A stretch of 64,000 nucleotides of DNA from Piromyces finnis finn (taxonomy: Eukaryota > Fungi > Neocallimastigomycota), in assembly GCA_002104945.1 (NCBI GenBank), contig MCFH01000005.1, positions 1,054,001 through 1,118,000 on the forward strand, written 5' to 3'. The notes below the pieces were generated by a model. The model was given only the letters and a program-made list of their open reading frames with translations, did not search any database and was not told where the DNA came from. The position numbers and the translations under genes were made by a program. This document shows positions 51,401 through 63,248 of this stretch, piece after piece (within the stretch, counting starts at the first letter, position 1; the number at the start of each line of letters is the position of its first letter).

Positions 51401-53997
51401 ATGGGAGGTGGATTATACTCTCCAAATTTAATTCAAAAAAATTTATTTGGTTTAGAAAATAATTATATTAGGGATAACCTTGTTAACTTACATCCAAATG
51501 ATTATTCGTCAAAACCCTCCTATATTACATTAAACACGACGTTAGAAAAAGATATTGAAATTGCCTCTGGAGGCCATTTATCCTTGTTATTTACATTATT
51601 TGATGAATTTGATAATATTGTTTATGATATTTCAAATTATTATCAATCCATTTCAATAAAAATTAAATTAATTGAAAATACACTACCATCGATGGGTAAA
51701 ATGATGGAAAAGGGAATAAAAATTGATAAATATAGTCATCATTATTTATTAAGCAATATTTGTTCTTTTAATAATGGTATTTATAAAAAAAAAAAAAATA
51801 AAAAAATTTTTTTTTTCATTTATTTATTTATCTATATCTATATCAATATCTATATATACTTTGATTATTTTTACTTTAGTATTATAATAAATTGGAACAT
51901 ATAATTTTTATAATAATTTCGATATTATTATTATATTTAATGTTTTACATATATATATTTTTAAATAGGTCAATGTATATTAAATAATATGAGAATATAT
52001 TCCAACCCAAAAAATTATATAATGCAATTTACAGTTGATAATTATTATGATAATATTCAGTTTAAACGTAATGATATTCCATTGAGAATAACAGGATGTA
52101 ATGATAATCAAATACAAATGTATGATAGAAATAATATTTTACATTGTATAGATCCATTATGTGATGATTCTTGTCCAGTATCAACAACAGCTATATGTGT
52201 TCCATCCATTGATAATAAATATAATTATTCCTATTTAAATCATTGCCAATGTTTACTTGGATATGAAGGGCCCCATTGTGAAAATAAAAAATTTATTGAT
52301 TTCAAGTAAAAAAAAAAAAAATTACTATATATTACTATTTTTTTTTTTTTACTATTAATATTAAATGAAATGAATAATAAATAATAAATATTATTTATTC
52401 TTTTTTTTTTTTATTATTATTATTATTTTAATATATAAATATATATAATATAAAATATAATATTTATCTATCTATCTATCTATTAGTAATCTTAATAATA
52501 AAATTGCTACTATAAATCTTGCAGAATTAATGATTGTCATTCTATCCATGGTATATATAATTTACAATAAAGATAAAAGGGTAATCAAGGATTTAGGCGT
52601 ATTAAAAATTTTAATATTTCATGTTGGAATGATAATGATATTCATAAGTAATTTCTTTTCGACCTATATGAATTTTACGGGATGTTCCTTTCATTTCTTA
52701 TTTAAATTTTTAGGAATTGGACTTGTTGTCATTACGTATTATAGTTTTATATTTTTGGCGATAGGATTAGGGGTATTAAGTCATAATGATGAAAAATTTA
52801 AGGCAATTATGAATGAATTTTTATCCTTAAATAATAGTTATGGAACGGGAGGAAGGTATCAATCGATTGACAGTTTAAAAAATAGTACTGTTGATTTAAG
52901 AGATTTTGATTTAAAATTAAATCAAGAAGTACACCTGGTCAATCCTATCAAGGAATGTAAATCCATTGAAGAAATTAATAAAGATATAGAATTAAAATTA
53001 ATGAAATTTAGTTCCTCAACAACCCTTGAAAAAATTAAACCTGCCAAAAATTCAACATTAACAAGAAATGGAGTACTAACATCCAAACTTAAACAATGCT
53101 ATAGAAAAATGGCCTCCGAAGAAAGTATTTTTTTCAGGGATACCCATGAAAAATTTAATCTTAATAATAGTAGTGTATTGGAATTAATCATTAAATCAAC
53201 CCATTCTTTTATCAAAGAATTATTTATTTTTAATATAATATACACAGTAATTCTTGTTTTTTTGATTATTTTTCAAAAAGTAAATAATACTGACAAGGGT
53301 TCAAAACGTTTTGTTCAAAATTTGAATGGGGATTGGATCTATCGATGTTCCCTTGACCATCCCAATTTAGTTTTAAATTTCATTTATTTTACCCTAATGG
53401 TAATACTATTAATTCAGGGAAGAAAACTTTACAAATATGAATGTATATTTAAGCCTGTTCTATATCTTAGTATTGCAAGCTATATTATGATTTTTTGTCC
53501 ATTACTAAGTGTAATTTAATATATATATATATATTTTATTTATTTTAATATTTTTTTAGTTAAACAATTCAATTTTATATTATACTAACTTTATTACCTT
53601 TTTTTTTTTATTGAATATATAAAAAAAGAATTTTAGTTATTTCTTTGTTAAACAAAGTAAGGTTGTTGTTGATTCTATAATTAATTCAATATGTTATTTC
53701 ATTTGCTTTATCATATTTATACATAAAATAGTATATTATATTTTGATAAATGATGAAAACAATGCCAAAAAATATTTTGTATATGATAAAAAGGAAAGAC
53801 GTAATTCATCTTCTTCCGTCATGCTATTATACGAAAGCAGAGAAGATAATCGACAATCTGATTTAATTATACAAAATTATATAGAGTTATACCGCTGTTG
53901 TTCAAAAATATTTGAATTTAATCAAGGAAAAATTCGATACATTGGTAGTACAAGTAGTTTAAATATTAGTAGTGAATATCTAAGGACGATTGATTAA
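48475..53997 (+). CDS. Class-C-like 7TM receptor (non-canonical GPCR) with large beta-helix/pectin-lyase-like ectodomain and EGF-like module (11 exons)
   Basis: Exons 48475-49022, 49126-49286, 49478-49637, 49803-49909, 50040-50190, 50332-50689, 50835-50986, 51124-51776, 51969-52305, 52487-53510, 53629-53997 join in one frame. Features: signal peptide; N/F/I-rich repeats with GGA(M/L)Y/C and FxxNxA (Pmp-like) motifs; EGF-like CDDSC...C...CQCLLGYEGPHC; seven hydrophobic segments; WIYRC in the putative ECL2. Confidence 0.8.
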
Positions 53998-54000
53998 CGC

Positions 54001-54031
<31 letters not shown>

Positions 54032-54676
54032 TAATAATTTGTGTAAATTTTAGTATAAAATTTTATAAAATTTTATAAAGTAAAAAGTAATATAATAATA
54101 TAAATAAAATACTATGCTTAATATTAATCTGAAACGTAATTATAATGACAACATTATTATAATAATATTATTCTATTTTACACAATAAAAATATAAGTAA
54201 AACATATTTTAAAATTTATATATTTTTTTTTTAAAAATTCATTATTTTTTTAATTTTTTTATTGGCTTGTTTTATTATTGTTATTTTTTTTTATAATAAA
54301 TTAATAATATTTCTTTTTTTTTTTTTTTTTTTTTTTCTTTTTTTTTTTTATTCATTTGTTAATAAAAAAACAAAGAATTAAAAATAAGATATATATTGAT
54401 ATTACTTTTATAATTAAATTATATCTATATCAATAAAAAAAATATATGTATATATACAAAAAAAAAATAAAAATTTATTTTAATGTGTATACTAAAGATA
54501 CATACACATCAATCGATAGATTAAATATTAAATAGTAACTGTGCTTGATATTTTTTTTTTTTTTTTAAATTAATAGAAATGGTTTGATATTTTAATATTT
54601 TAATAGAAATTACTTAAAAAATTTTGATATATTCATGATAAAAATCTTTTTTTTTTTTTTTTTTGGTTTTTTTTTT

Positions 54677-56266
54677 TTAACTACTTTCTCCAATAACAAT
54701 CTCAACATCCCTTACATCATCGTCCTTTCCTTTTCCCTTTTCATTTCCCTTTTCTTTTTCCCTTTTCTTTTCCTTTTCTTTTCTTTTTTCTTTACCTTCC
54801 TTTATTAATCCACCAAAACTGTCAGAAGTACTACTTTCCCCAAATTCTGAATTGTCATCATCTGGTAAAGAAATGAAATTATGTTCATTGGCAAAGATAC
54901 CAAATAATAATATAATAACTGATATTATAGCCATACATAAGAAAACAACCTTTATACCGAACAAATCTGGATATGGATTTGTTTCTTTTACAGTATCTGA
55001 AACCATACTCATAATAGATACGAATAAAGCAGTACCAATACTCATACTAAGAATTCTGAAAGCATTTTGAGTAGCAGTACCATCAGCAGTTTTATGTTCT
55101 GGAACACCCTTCATTCCCCATGTAATAACTGGCATTGTAATAACACCCATAGCTAAACATCTAGCAATATTAATAGTAGATACAACCCATATATCTGTAT
55201 TGATGTTAACAAAGAAAAGAGCAAGATTACTAATGGAAGAAACAATACCAGCGAAAAGGAATAAAGGTTTAATACCCATTTTATCGTATAATTTTCCAGC
55301 ATATGGACTAATTACAGATAAAGCTAATGAACCTGGTAAAATAGCTATACCTGACATGGTAGCTGAATAACCCATGACAGTTTGGAAATAGATTGGGAAA
55401 ATAACAGCTGAACCATTCAAAATTAATTGAATAATACCAGTAGTAATGACACCGAGAGCAAATTCGGTATGCTTAAATACACGAATATCTAAGAATGGAA
55501 TTGTAACATGCAATTGACGAATTGCGAATATTAAACCTGTAATGATACCAACGATAAATGTTCCTGTAACTTGATAACTGACAAATTCATAATCCCCAAA
55601 ATTACCAATAGCCAAAGTAACACCACCAAAAGCTAAAGCACTTAAAACAAAGGATATGAAATCAAAGTGACTTTCTCTATTTGGTAAAACATCATCAAAA
55701 ATAATAATAGTGTAAATTAAGCACATAATCATAATAGCCATGGCCAAAACAAAAATCATTCTCCAACCAACTGAATCAACTAACACACCTGAAATAGTAG
55801 GAGCAATAATTGGAGCAGCACCAAGAGATAATCCAAACCAACCCATGGCATAACCTCTTTCTGCTGGGGGATAAATCGTTAGAATAATAGTTTGTGCCAA
55901 AGATGACATTAAACCACTTCCAAATGCTTGTACAATTCTACCAGTTAACAACATTGGGAAATTAACAGAGAATAAAGCGATAGTTAAACCAACCAAGAAA
56001 AAGAAGATAGCTGTCAAGAATAATTTTTTTGTTTTGAAATGATTCATAAGGAAGGATGTTAAAGGAATAATAATAGACATTGTTAAAGTGAAACCACTTG
56101 TTAACCATTGAGCAGTACTAACATCTACATGAAATTCCTTCATAATAGGTGGTAAAGCGGTAGTTAATGCTGTTGTAAGCATTGTTCCTGAAAACATGGA
56201 TATATTAACATTGATAAAAATCAATGAACGTTTTTTACTTGATAGTTCAACTGCTGGATGACTCAT
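54677..56266 (-). CDS. DHA2 (14-TM, EmrB/QacA/LmrB-like) MFS drug:H+ antiporter; intronless
   Basis: TALPPIMKEF, AQWLTSGFTL, motif B LLTGRIVQAFG, motif C GLSLGAAPIIAPTISG.L, GWRMIF, PFLDIRVFK, GIAILPG, GKLYDKMGIKPL. Confidence 0.93.
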   Translation of the reverse strand: MSHPAVELSSKKRSLIFINVNISMFSGTMLTTALTTALPPIMKEFHVDVSTAQWLTSGFTLTMSIIIPLTSFLMNHFKTKKLFLTAIFFFLVGLTIALFSVNFPMLLTGRIVQAFGSGLMSSLAQTIILTIYPPAERGYAMGWFGLSLGAAPIIAPTISGVLVDSVGWRMIFVLAMAIMIMCLIYTIIIFDDVLPNRESHFDFISFVLSALAFGGVTLAIGNFGDYEFVSYQVTGTFIVGIITGLIFAIRQLHVTIPFLDIRVFKHTEFALGVITTGIIQLILNGSAVIFPIYFQTVMGYSATMSGIAILPGSLALSVISPYAGKLYDKMGIKPLFLFAGIVSSISNLALFFVNINTDIWVVSTINIARCLAMGVITMPVITWGMKGVPEHKTADGTATQNAFRILSMSIGTALFVSIMSMVSDTVKETNPYPDLFGIKVVFLCMAIISVIILLFGIFANEHNFISLPDDDNSEFGESSTSDSFGGLIKEGKEKRKEKEKKREKEKGNEKGKGKDDDVRDVEIVIGESS

Positions 56267-58363
56267 TTTAAATATTTTATGTCTATTTAAAATATTTTGA
56301 GTTTGTTTTTTTTTTCTTTTTTCTTTTTTTTTTTTTTTCCTTTCTATATTTTTTCTTTAGTTTTTAATAATAGTTTTATCCTTTTTATTATTATTCTTTT
56401 TCTTTAATATTTTTAATATTATATTATTTTTCTTACAAATACATTAAAAACTTTTTTTTTTATTTTTTAAACTAATTAAATTGTAATATCTATGTTTTTT
56501 ACTATTATTTTTTTTATCTAGTTTAATAAAAAGAATTCTTTTTGCTAATTACTTTTTATAAAAGTTTTAAATACTTTCTGTTATATCATTTTTCGATGGT
56601 TTATTTAAAAATCAGACGAACTTTTCAACACTATTTATATAGTTTTAAACTTTTTAGATTTCCAAAATCTTTATTATTTTTTATTGGCCAATTTTAATAT
56701 TTTAATTTTTTAGATTAAAAAATTTAAAAAAAGATAAATAAATTAAAAAAAAAAAAGATTTTTTTCTCGATGAAAAAAGTTTATTATAATTTTATTATGG
56801 AATGAAAAAGTTTTTAAAAAAGAAATAATTATTTTAGTTTTATTGTAAAATACAAATAGAAGAAATATACTTTAAAATGATAATAGCATGTTTTTGTTAA
56901 TAAATTCCATTTTTACTAATCAAAAAAAAAAAAAGTATCATATAAAAAGATAAAATAAAAGAAATTAATAAAAATATATTTCTACCATGATATATAATAA
57001 TATATAATAACATATATAAAGAAAATATAAAATAATATATAATAAAATATAATAAAATAATATCAAAAATATTTAAAATGTTTAAAATTTCAAAGTAAAA
57101 ATTAAAATTAAATTAATAGCTAAAAATGGATAAAAATCAGCAGATTTTAGTGGATAAAATAAAATATCAAAAAAATGATAAAGATAAAAAAATTTTAAAA
57201 TTTTCTTTTTTTTTACTTATCAAAAAATATATATTACATTACATTATTTCTATAAATTCCAAGGAATGGTAATTATTTATTACATTAAATAAAATGTAGT
57301 AAAATTTTTTTATATTTAATTTTTCCTTTAATTTGATATAATATCAAGAAAAATTCCTTTTAAAATATACAATATTCTATAATATAATTATTAATATATA
57401 TTGTATTTTAATTATCAATTATTATTATTATATATAACTATTAATATATATTTTAATTATCAATTATTATTATTATTATTATAATTTTGATATTATAATA
57501 GTATAATCAAATTATTTTCTATTTCTATATCATTATCTATTTGATTTATAATGGTGACCTTTTAAAAATTGTGGAATTATGGTAATATCGTAATATCTAT
57601 GGAAAAAGAATTAAAAATCATTAGTCATTAAAATCCGCATAAACAAGGTTTTTTTTTTTTTTTCTTTTCCGTTTTTATTTTTATTTTTATTATTAGAATT
57701 AAAAAATTTAAATAAATAAATCTTAAATAAATATTAATATATATGAAAAATAAAATTTTAAAATTGCCTATCTAAATTCCTTCCTAATTCTATTCTATTT
57801 TTTATTTATAAAATTAGTTTCTTTTCCCCATCCTTTTGTATGGTTATATTTATTATAAATTGTATAATTATCATAACTAGTTTTTTTTTTTTTAAATATT
57901 TTTAAATATTTTTAAATGGAATATTAATTGAGTTTATATAATGTTCTATTTTTTTGGTGAATGGATTATTTCATTGTAATTATCAATAATAATATTAATT
58001 TTTCATAATTATATTTGTTTAATGATTAATTAATAAAAATGAAATATTATTAATGAAAAAAAAAAAATTAATCTATTTATTTATTAGTTATAATTATTAA
58101 TACTATTATCTATTCCTTATTAAAAATTAATATTATTAATATTATAATTGATAATTATTATGAATAGGATGATTATTTTGATGATTAGGATGATGATTAA
58201 TCATAATAATTATTATTAGCAGTAGTAGTAGTATTAGGGTGGTTATCTATTAATTATTATCATCATTGACTCTTTTTTCCTTTTTACTATTATATTAAAT
58301 TTTTATCAATGATGATGATGATGATGATGATGATGATATACTTTTATGAAATAGTATATTCAT

Positions 58364-59998
58364 TCAATTCAATGGTTGACTTTTTTTATTATCAACAATG
58401 ACTTCAACTTCATTTAATTCTTCTTCCTTACTAATATTTTCATCATTTTCATTTATTTTTTCTTCCATTGGAATCTTTTTGCTTTTTTCTTCTTTACTTT
58501 TTAATGTGAATTTACTATCACATCCAAATATACCAAATAATAGAATAATAAAGGATAAAATAGCCATACATAAGAATACAAAATTAATACCATAAAGTTG
58601 TGGCTCTTTTTTAGTATCTTTTACAAAATTAGTAACTGTAGTCATTACTGATACGAATAATGCTGTACCAATGGCACCACTAACAATTCTAAAGGAATTA
58701 ATAGTAGCTGAACCATCGGTAGTTTTCGAAGCTGGAATTCTACTCATACCCCATGTAATAACTGGCATAGTTAAAACACCAAGAGAAATACATCTAACGA
58801 TATTAATGGCGGCTACTACCCAAATATTGGTATTGATTGTAATAAAGTATAATACAAGATTACTTAAAGTAGAAAAAATACCTGCGAAAAGGAATAATAC
58901 TTTAATACCCATTTTATCATATATTTTACCAGCAAATGGACTGATAATGGCTAGTGAAAGTGAACCTGGTAATACTGCAAGACCAGAAATAGTAGCTGAA
59001 CATCCTTTAACTTGTTGGAAATAAAGTGGGAAAATAACAGCTGAACCCATGATAATTAATTGAATAGCAATAGTGGTCATGGCTGCAATGGCAAGACTTT
59101 TGTGTTTTAAAACACTAATATCTAAAAATGGTGATTTTGCGTGTAATTGACGATAAACAAATATTACCGATGCAACTAAACCAATAATTAATACCATCAA
59201 AACTTGATAACTAACAAAATCATAAGTACCAAAGTTACCAACAGCTAAAGTAATACCACCAAAGGTTAATGCACTCAAAATAAAAGAAAAAGCATCAAAT
59301 TTTACTTTTTTGTTTGGTAAACAATCTGTGAAAACAAAAAGGGTATAAATTAAAGTAATGGCCATGATAGCAATAGATACAACAAAAATCATTCTCCAAC
59401 CAACAGAATCTGCTAATATACCAGCAATAGTAGGTGCAATGACAGGTGCTGCACCAACAGATAAACCATACCATCCCATAGCAGAACCTCTTCTTTCTGG
59501 AGGATAAATAGTTAATATAATAACTTGTGCCATTGATGATAATAAACCACTTCCAAAGGCTTGAATGACTCTACCAACTAACATCATATAAAAGTTAACA
59601 GAGAATAAAGCGATGGTTAAACCAGTTAAAAATAAACCAATGGCTGATAAGAAAAGTCTCCTTGTTCTAAATCTAGTAATAAGAAATGAGGTAAGTGGAA
59701 TCATAATTGACATTGCTAAACTAAAACCACTTGTTAACCATTGTCCTGTATTTACACTAATATTAAAATCTTTTATTATTGGAGGTAAAGCTGTGGTTAA
59801 TGCTGTTTGAAGCATAATACCGGCGATACATGAAATATTAACATTGATAAAAATTTGAGAACGCTTTTTATCAGAAATTTCCATATATCTTTTTTTTGTT
59901 AATTCTTCATGCTCCTTTTCGCTTAATTCTTTTGTTTGATTATTAGAATCTTTTTCTATTGATACATCTTCCTTTTTGGTTTCGGTTGATAAACCCAT
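58364..59998 (-). CDS. DHA2 MFS drug:H+ antiporter; intronless tandem paralog of 54677-56266
   Basis: Same motifs: MLQTALTTALPPIIKDF, GQWLTSGFSL, LVGRVIQAFG, GLSVGAAPVIAPTIAG, GWRMIF, PFLDISVLK, GKIYDKMGIKVL. Colinear with the neighbour. Confidence 0.93.
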   Translation of the reverse strand: MGLSTETKKEDVSIEKDSNNQTKELSEKEHEELTKKRYMEISDKKRSQIFINVNISCIAGIMLQTALTTALPPIIKDFNISVNTGQWLTSGFSLAMSIMIPLTSFLITRFRTRRLFLSAIGLFLTGLTIALFSVNFYMMLVGRVIQAFGSGLLSSMAQVIILTIYPPERRGSAMGWYGLSVGAAPVIAPTIAGILADSVGWRMIFVVSIAIMAITLIYTLFVFTDCLPNKKVKFDAFSFILSALTFGGITLAVGNFGTYDFVSYQVLMVLIIGLVASVIFVYRQLHAKSPFLDISVLKHKSLAIAAMTTIAIQLIIMGSAVIFPLYFQQVKGCSATISGLAVLPGSLSLAIISPFAGKIYDKMGIKVLFLFAGIFSTLSNLVLYFITINTNIWVVAAINIVRCISLGVLTMPVITWGMSRIPASKTTDGSATINSFRIVSGAIGTALFVSVMTTVTNFVKDTKKEPQLYGINFVFLCMAILSFIILLFGIFGCDSKFTLKSKEEKSKKIPMEEKINENDENISKEEELNEVEVIVDNKKSQPLN

Positions 59999-62039
59999 TT
60001 TTTCAATTTATAACTTGTGTTTTAATGAAAATATAAATTTAACGTTTATTATTTGTTTTTGAAAATTTAACTTTTAAAAGAGATATAATTTAAAAAAGAT
60101 ATAATTTTTAATATTTTAAAAAAAATATAATTAATTTATTTTAAAAGTATTATTGAAATAATATTATTGAAACAGTTTTTTTTTTTTTTTTTTTTTTGTA
60201 AAAGTGATAATTTCCTTTCTTATTAAAGTTCAATGACTGAATTTTTAATTCTAGAAATTTATTTTATTTATATTTTATTATTTTATTTATTTATTTATTA
60301 TTATTTTATTTTTTTTAGTTTTTATCAACTTCTTTACTACTTAATTTCAATATTAATTGCAGTAAATTTCAAAATATCTTTTACACTCTTTTATTTAAAT
60401 TGATACTAATTATTAATAATTTTTTTTTTTTTTTTTTTTTTAAAATTTATAATTTTTCTTTTAATTATTCATTTTAAAAAATCTAAAATTTTATAATTTT
60501 ATTAATAATCAAAAATTTATCCAATAACCATTTCAAAGTCACGCTTTTTTATTTTATTATTAGTAAATTATCCGTTACACGATTTTTTATTGAAATTATT
60601 TTCGGTGATTATTATTTCTTATTTCCGCCTTTTTTTTAATTATTTCATCTAAATATATTTATAGATTAATAATACAAATAATGATACAAAATAATAAACA
60701 TAGTAATAAATATAATAATACAAAATATACAAAATAATAAGTTTATTTTTTTTTTAATATATAATAATTAAATAAATAGTTTAATATAAAGATTTTAATA
60801 GTTTGATTATTTTAAAAACAACCGTTGTTGTCACTTTAGAAAGTGTATAGGAGTTTATACGACAATTCTTGAATATATTAAATCAATAATTACCACCATA
60901 ATAAATTCCTACATTTTTTTCATCTTTAATGTATACAAAACATAAATAAATAATATTATTTACATTTTGTTTTTTTTTTTACTTTGATGATGACGGTGAT
61001 TTTATTAATAGAATAATAAAAGATCAATAGACTATTGAGAATTTGGTAATAATATTTATAATTTTTATATCAACCATAAATAAGTACAGATTTGTTATGT
61101 TTGTAGAGTTATAGAAAAAATGTCTTTTTTTTTTTTACTATTAAAATTCTACTTTATAATAAATTTCAAAAAAAGAGTGCATTGCATTGATTGATATACA
61201 ACATAATTTACATACATAAAATATGGAATAAACATAACACAAATATAATATTAATATATTTTTAATATATTTTTAATTTTATAATATATTAAAAATAATT
61301 ATTATTGGTTAATTCTATTCTGTAATTTAATTGAATGATACAACAAAACATTTTAATTTAAATTACCATTTTTAACAGTATAAAAAAAAAATGCTAAAAA
61401 AGTTTATTTATTAGAAAGGAAGGGTGTGATTAAGCCTTTTTAATACTTTACAATTTATATAATCATAATAATTTAATTTATAAATTCTATTATTAGCCAT
61501 TTCCTTTTCTTTCTTTTATTCATTTTACTTTATAATTAATACACTCAATTTAAAATTATCACAAAGAAACCAATCTCAATTTCAAAATAATTTATTTTAT
61601 TATCATAAAAAAATAAATATATAAAAGCAATATATAATTAAAAAATTACTTAGAGCCATAAAATTTATAAATCTCAAGTGTTTATTTATATCTATATAAA
61701 TACATATATTTTTTTAATAGAAATGACATTTCAAGATTTCTGTTTTCTTAGGTATTAAGATATACAATTAATAATATTATAAAAAAAAGTTTTTTTTTTT
61801 TTTTTTTCTTTTTTAATAGTAATGTTATATAATGTAAATAATATAAATTCAAAACTTTCAACTTTTAGAATTTTTAACAAAAAAAAAAAAAAAAAAAAAA
61901 GTAAATACCCAATATTGATATTTAATTTTAAAATTATAATGTACAAACTTTTGAATAACTAATTAAACTATCATAAATTTATAGAAAAAAAAAAAATACC
62001 TATAAAAATATTTCATTATTTAAATTAAAAAAAAAAAAA

Positions 62040-63248
62040 ATGGAATATTCATACTTTGAAAGAAAGCATTTACCTTGTGAATGTAAATGTAAAAATTTAT
62101 ATAATATGACATTTTATAATTATAAAACAGAAAAACAATTGACTTTTCCAATTCATGTAGTAAAGAAAGAAAATACTATCTATAAATCTCTAAATGATAT
62201 TGTAGAAATACTTAATGAATCGCTAGATATGAATGTTACAGTAAGAACTTTAACTCAAGGTACTGGCCATTATGTATTACAAAAGGATAGAGTGGTTGCT
62301 TATATGCCTTGTTGTAGATCAAATAATTATAGAGGTACTATATTTATTAATGATATTGGTTTTCGGGATACTTTAGTAAAATATTTAAATACCAGTAACT
62401 CTACAATTCAAACAAGAGCAAATGCTACAATAGAAAACATAATAAAAGTCGGAATTAATTCTAATACAATAGTCCAAATGTTAGATAGTATGGATTTAAT
62501 TTTTGAAATAACTAAGGGTCTAAAAATTAGCGATATACCAAATAGTAATTATGTTAGATCCCATTGTGTTCGACCAAAAACAATGAAATTTCAAAGCGGT
62601 CTTAATAATAATATGGATGGCAATATCTTAGACAATCAGTATGATTATAATTTTAACAGTAAATCCGATGATTTATTTGAAAAAAGAAGCATTAATAATA
62701 TTAAAAATACTATTCAATATCTTATTAATAATGATGGAAATTTTAATATTAACAAAAGTAGCAGCAGTAGCAGCACTAATAATAATAATGAGGATGAGGA
62801 AACAGATTCTATTATTGATAATAAAAATGATTTAAAGTACAATGATATCATAAATAATAAGACTAAAATTAATAATGATTATAATTTAAATGAATCTAAT
62901 AGAATCGTCAATAATAATAGTAGTATGAATAAAATGTATTTAATCAATGGAAATAAAAGAATATACAATGAAAACTTTTCCAAGGATAATAAAAAGAATA
63001 TTGTTATATTTGATTGTGATAACAGAGAAAATAATAATATTAATAGACAGGGTATTAATAATAAGAAACGTACAAGAGATGAAATTGAATCAGATGATAA
63101 AACCAGCGATAAATTATTTAAATATGAAACATCCATATCTGAAGTTTTGAATGAGAGTAATAATCCATTCAATTATTTAGAATTAAATTATCATGAACCA
63201 TTCTTTAATATTGAAATACCTGTAAGGAAAAGATTATTTTCAATATAA
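62040..63248 (+). CDS. Intronless hypothetical protein: Cys/His-containing N-terminal globular region plus Asn-rich low-complexity tail
   Basis: 402-codon ORF in very AT-rich DNA, ATG preceded by an A-run. The first ~180 aa are complex (HLPCECKCKN, GTGHY, YMPCCRS, SHCVRP). Basic NLS-like KKRTRD and RKR near the C-terminus. No family recognised. Confidence 0.7.
   Translation: MEYSYFERKHLPCECKCKNLYNMTFYNYKTEKQLTFPIHVVKKENTIYKSLNDIVEILNESLDMNVTVRTLTQGTGHYVLQKDRVVAYMPCCRSNNYRGTIFINDIGFRDTLVKYLNTSNSTIQTRANATIENIIKVGINSNTIVQMLDSMDLIFEITKGLKISDIPNSNYVRSHCVRPKTMKFQSGLNNNMDGNILDNQYDYNFNSKSDDLFEKRSINNIKNTIQYLINNDGNFNINKSSSSSSTNNNNEDEETDSIIDNKNDLKYNDIINNKTKINNDYNLNESNRIVNNNSSMNKMYLINGNKRIYNENFSKDNKKNIVIFDCDNRENNNINRQGINNKKRTRDEIESDDKTSDKLFKYETSISEVLNESNNPFNYLELNYHEPFFNIEIPVRKRLFSI

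Noticed and set aside
57383-57480. Local ~48-bp direct duplication (similar ~42-bp one at ~63300-63375)
   Set aside because: Ordinary slippage in AT-rich intergenic DNA.
60815-61110. Minus-strand coding-like fragments (KCRNLYGGNY*FNIFKNCRINSY...)
   Set aside because: Too short and broken to assign; may be a relic but is unsupported.
44441-63172. Short ORFs overlapping the Nab2-like gene, the MFS genes and the orphan (44441, 44793, 54852, 58398, 58671, 59613, 61755, 62641, 62879, 62947)
   Set aside because: Shadow frames of longer, motif-supported genes, or low-complexity artefacts.
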